Of a stretch of 64,000 bases of DNA, positions 55,880 through 64,000 are shown in pieces. The stretch is from the human T2T-CHM13v2.0 reference genome, Homo sapiens. Under the pieces are notes generated by a model. It was not told the DNA's origin. It saw nothing but the letters and a program-made list of their open reading frames with translations, and did not search any database. Each line of letters starts with the position of its first letter. Within the stretch, counting starts at the first letter, position 1. Made by a program: the position numbers and the translations under genes. Where the stretch lies: NCBI RefSeq assembly GCF_009914755.1, contig NC_060925.1; one strand, written 5' to 3'.

Positions 55880-56496
55880 GTGTTGGTCCTGATCCAGACC
55901 CCAAGAGAAGGTTCTTGGACTTCGTGTGAGAAAGAATTCAGGGTGAGTCCATAGAGTAAGGTGAAAGCAAGTTTATTAAGAAAGTAAAGAAATAAAAAAA
56001 AGGCTACTCCACAGGCAGAGCAGTGGCCTGGGCTGCTCAACTGATTATATTTATAATTAGTTCTTGTTCTTTGCTAAACAAGGGGAGGATTATCCACTAG
56101 TTTTCTGGGAAAGGGGTGGACAGTTCCCCGGAGCTGAGGGCTCCTCCCGCTTTTAGGCCATATAGGGTAACTTCCTGAGGTTGCCATGGCATTTGTAAAT
56201 TGTCATGGCACTGGTGGGAATGTCTCTTAGCATGCTAATGTATTATAATTAGCATATAATGACAGTGAGGACAACCAGAGGTCACTTCCATCACCATCTT
56301 GGTTTCGGTGGGTTTTTGTGGCTTCTTTACCACATCCTTTCATCAGCAAGGTTTTTGTGACCTTGTGCTGACTTCTTATTTCATCCTGTGACTAAGAATG
56401 CCTAAACCTCCTGGGAATGCAGCCCAGTAGGTCTCAGCCTCACTTTACTCCGTCCCTATTCAAGATGGAGTCGCTCTGGTTCCAATGCCTCTGACA
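55880..56496 (-). mobile_element. MER41B-like ERV1 solo LTR
   Basis: Reverse strand TGTCAGAGGCATTGGAACCAGAGCGACTCCATCTTGAATAGG, the CATTATATGCTAATTATAATACATTAGCATG segment, the tandem GAS region, and ending ...TCTTGGGGTCTGGATCAGGACC. Confidence 0.8.
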
Positions 56497-57505
56497 GGAG
56501 GCGGGAAAGGGAGAGAAGACTTTGTATTGGGTACAGTGTACAGCGCTTGGGTGATGGGTGCACCCAAATCCCAGAAATTACCACTAACGAATTTATCCAT
56601 GTAACCAAGAACCACTTGTATCCCCAAAAACTATTGAAAAACATTTCATTTAAAGAAGAGACAGTTCTTTACCAAGAATTTACATCAAAACCATGTAAAC
56701 TGTAGATCCACTCTACATTGTTCTTTGTACCATGAATTCCAAAACCCTGAAGAAAATGGGTGAGGCAGCTATCAGGAACAAAGTGTCGTCAAATAGCTGC
56801 CCTGGACATGGGTGGGGAAGTGACTCAAGTTCCCACTCACGTCTCTCTGGGCCTAATAAATTTTGCGAACCTCACAGGGCTCACACTGCTCAGCTGTTTT
56901 TCTTTTCCCACATTCCAGATTTAGATAAGGAAGGAATCATTAACAGATTCAGAGTGGACCTGACCACCCCACAGTGCCCTTGCTTTGCTTTTGGCACAGG
57001 CAGTGTATCTCGTCTGGGGAAGGGAGAGGAGTGCATCCAGTCGGTTGACACAGGACCTCCCAACCCCAGTGCCCACGCGCGGTGTCTCCCTCTTCCTCTT
57101 CTGTGAAAAGCCACACCCCACCTTGGGCATGCCACCTGGCCGCCGGAACCCAAGTCTGCAGGGAGGGTCCAGAAAACGTGCGCCTTCCAAGTTTATCTTC
57201 CTTCAGGAGCCAGTTCTGTATTCTGTCCTCACTTGAGCTCCCTTCCAAGCTCCTACTAGATGTCCCCGAGGCAGAGAGATTGTTGATCACGCTCTGATAT
57301 GCCTGGGGTGTAAACTTCAGAGACATGACAAGGTGCCTATGTGTTTTCTCACCAAGAACAGAATTTGACCTCGCCTATCAGAGAGTGCACGTGCACAGGA
57401 AGGGCGTGCTCCTGGAGAAGCACAGGCAGAAGACGTGAAAGCCAGAGCAGCAGAGGCTCTTCAGGACCCAAGGGGCTTCTGTCGGTTACACATTACCCTG
57501 GATAG

Positions 57506-57688
<183 letters not shown>

Positions 57689-57695
57689 TAGCTAA

Positions 57696-61135
<3,440 letters not shown>

Positions 61136-61360
61136 AATACTAGCCTGGGTAACACCGCAAGACTCTGTCTCAAAAAAATTGTTTTAAGGACAACTACTTT
61201 GCTGGGACATCATTTATCTACAACTTACAGAACTGTAAGCTCAAAGGCAACGCAAGGGCAGGGCCCTGCTGAATCGGGAAGAGTATGCTTGAAGCAATGC
61301 AATTTTCCACGAAAGCGCACATTTTTCTCCACAGTGGTTTGAAATCAGCCATGGTGAAAA

Positions 61361-62575
<1,215 letters not shown>

Positions 62576-62844
62576 GAAACATTACACAAATCAGCTCACA
62601 CTATAAATCAGCCCCGGGCCCACCATCCCAGCCTGTTGAACATGTTCCAGCACATCACGGACTCTGGTACTACATCAGGCACCAGATCCAGATAACATAT
62701 CTTGCATCTCACCCAGGATCTTGAGAAACACGCTTTGGAAGCCAGCAGCCCTATGGGGGCAGCCACACCATGTGAGCATCGGCCACACCCTTGGGTGGCC
62801 CTGGAACCAGACCATCCTCCAGCCCCCGTTGGTCTGGAAACCAG

Positions 62845-62980
62845 CAACAGCCCCATCACCTGGGAGCTGGTTAGAAAAATGCAAAATCCACTTCACTCCA
62901 GACCTGCTGAATCAGAACCTGCATTTTGGCCACATCCCTGGTGGTTCAAGCTCACATTTAAGTTCGAGAAGCTCTGCTCT
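62845..62980. mobile_element. MER5A-like DNA transposon fragment
   Basis: catcacctgggagctggttagaaaaatgcaaa...cagacctgctgaatcagaacctgcatttt. Confidence 0.65.
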
Positions 62981-63188
62981 AGGCTTTTCCTGAATGCGGC
63001 GCATCAGTGATTCCTCCCGGCCCCAAGGCCTCTGTGCCCAACCAGGACTGACTTACCCCGGCCTTGCACAGCACCCGCAGGACTCTCCTTGGTGTTGATG
63101 TGGGCACTGGCTGACTGCCACAGCACTCTATGCCTGCTCTCTGACTCTGTCACGCGTCTGCTTTTCCTCCTGGGATAATGTGGTGCTG

Positions 63189-63784
63189 GTGTTGATGAAA
63201 AGAGTCAAACTGTAAAATATTTTTAGAGATTTATTCTGAGCCAAGTATGAGTGACTACGGCCTGTGACACAGCCCTCAGGGGGTTCTGAGAACATGTGCC
63301 CAAGGGTACAGCTTGCTTTTCTACATTTTAAGGAGGCATGAGACATCAATCAAACACATTTAAGAAATACATTGTTTTGGTCTAGAAAGGCGGGACGATT
63401 CAAAGGTGGGGGAGGGTTCTTCCAGGCTATAGGTAAATTTAGACACTTTCTGGTTGATAATTGTTTGAATTTGTCTAAAGACCTGGGATTAAACAGAAAG
63501 GAATGTCTGTAAGATAAGAGGTTGTGGAGACCAAAGTTTTACCATGCAGATGAAGCTTTTAGCTAGCAGGCTTCAGAGAGAATAAGTTGCAAAATGTTTT
63601 TTATCAGCCTTAAAGTCTGTGTCACTGTTGGTGCTGGAGAGGTTTGATGAGGCATGTTCGAACCCCACTTCCATTATGGCCTGAAACAGTCTCTCAGGTT
63701 AAGTTTTAAGAGCCCTGACTGAGGAGGAAGTTCATTCAGATGGTTGTGTCGGGAGGGCGGCTTAGAATTTTACCTTTGGTTACA
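63189..63784 (-). mobile_element. MER4-family LTR (MER4B/D/E-like)
   Basis: Reverse strand TGTAAACCAAAGGTAAAATTCTAAGCC...CAGAATAAATCTCT...TTTTCATCAACA. Confidence 0.7.
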
Positions 63785-64000
63785 CTGGGATGGCAGTGGT
63801 GCAGGACGGGGCAGGTTTGCTCCCCTCCAGGCCAAGACAAGTGCTGGCTGCAGAAAGGTTTTATCTGCTGGTATTTGAAAAGCTTTCCCTGATGCAACGG
63901 GCCCAGGCAAATCCTGGGAGTTCTGCTGTCTGCCAGGGAGAAAAGCTGAAGGGAGGAAGGGTCTGATCCCATCTCTGGTATCATGGTCCTAAGAAATTGC

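Overview
Primate genomic DNA, almost certainly human 1p36.2. It carries two tandem class II facilitative hexose transporter genes on the minus strand. SLC2A5 (GLUT5, fructose transporter) is complete: 12 coding exons from ATG 47425 to TGA 15237, all GT-AG, 1506 nt encoding 501 aa. SLC2A7 (GLUT7) is present only as exons 1-3 (3985-575) and runs off the left edge. Most of the rest is Alu, L1, L2, MIR, LTR and DNA-transposon sequence plus several long simple repeats, so most ORFs in the supplied track are artefacts. I found no CRISPR array, rRNA, tRNA or new protein-coding system. The most notable non-obvious signals are: (1) a polyadenylated SCARNA16/miR-6516 retrocopy flanked by target-site duplications (TSDs); (2) an unexplained ungapped 84-bp duplication between SLC2A5 introns 4 and 5; (3) an exact 25-bp direct repeat bracketing the upstream CpG island/VNTR; (4) a triplicated 5' splice site at SLC2A7 exon 2; (5) a locally templated insertion inside an Alu; (6) MER41-type LTRs with STAT (GAS) motifs upstream of SLC2A5; (7) a candidate UG-repeat-repressed poison exon in SLC2A5 intron 1. 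Repeat subfamily names and boundaries come from recalled consensus sequences and are approximate.
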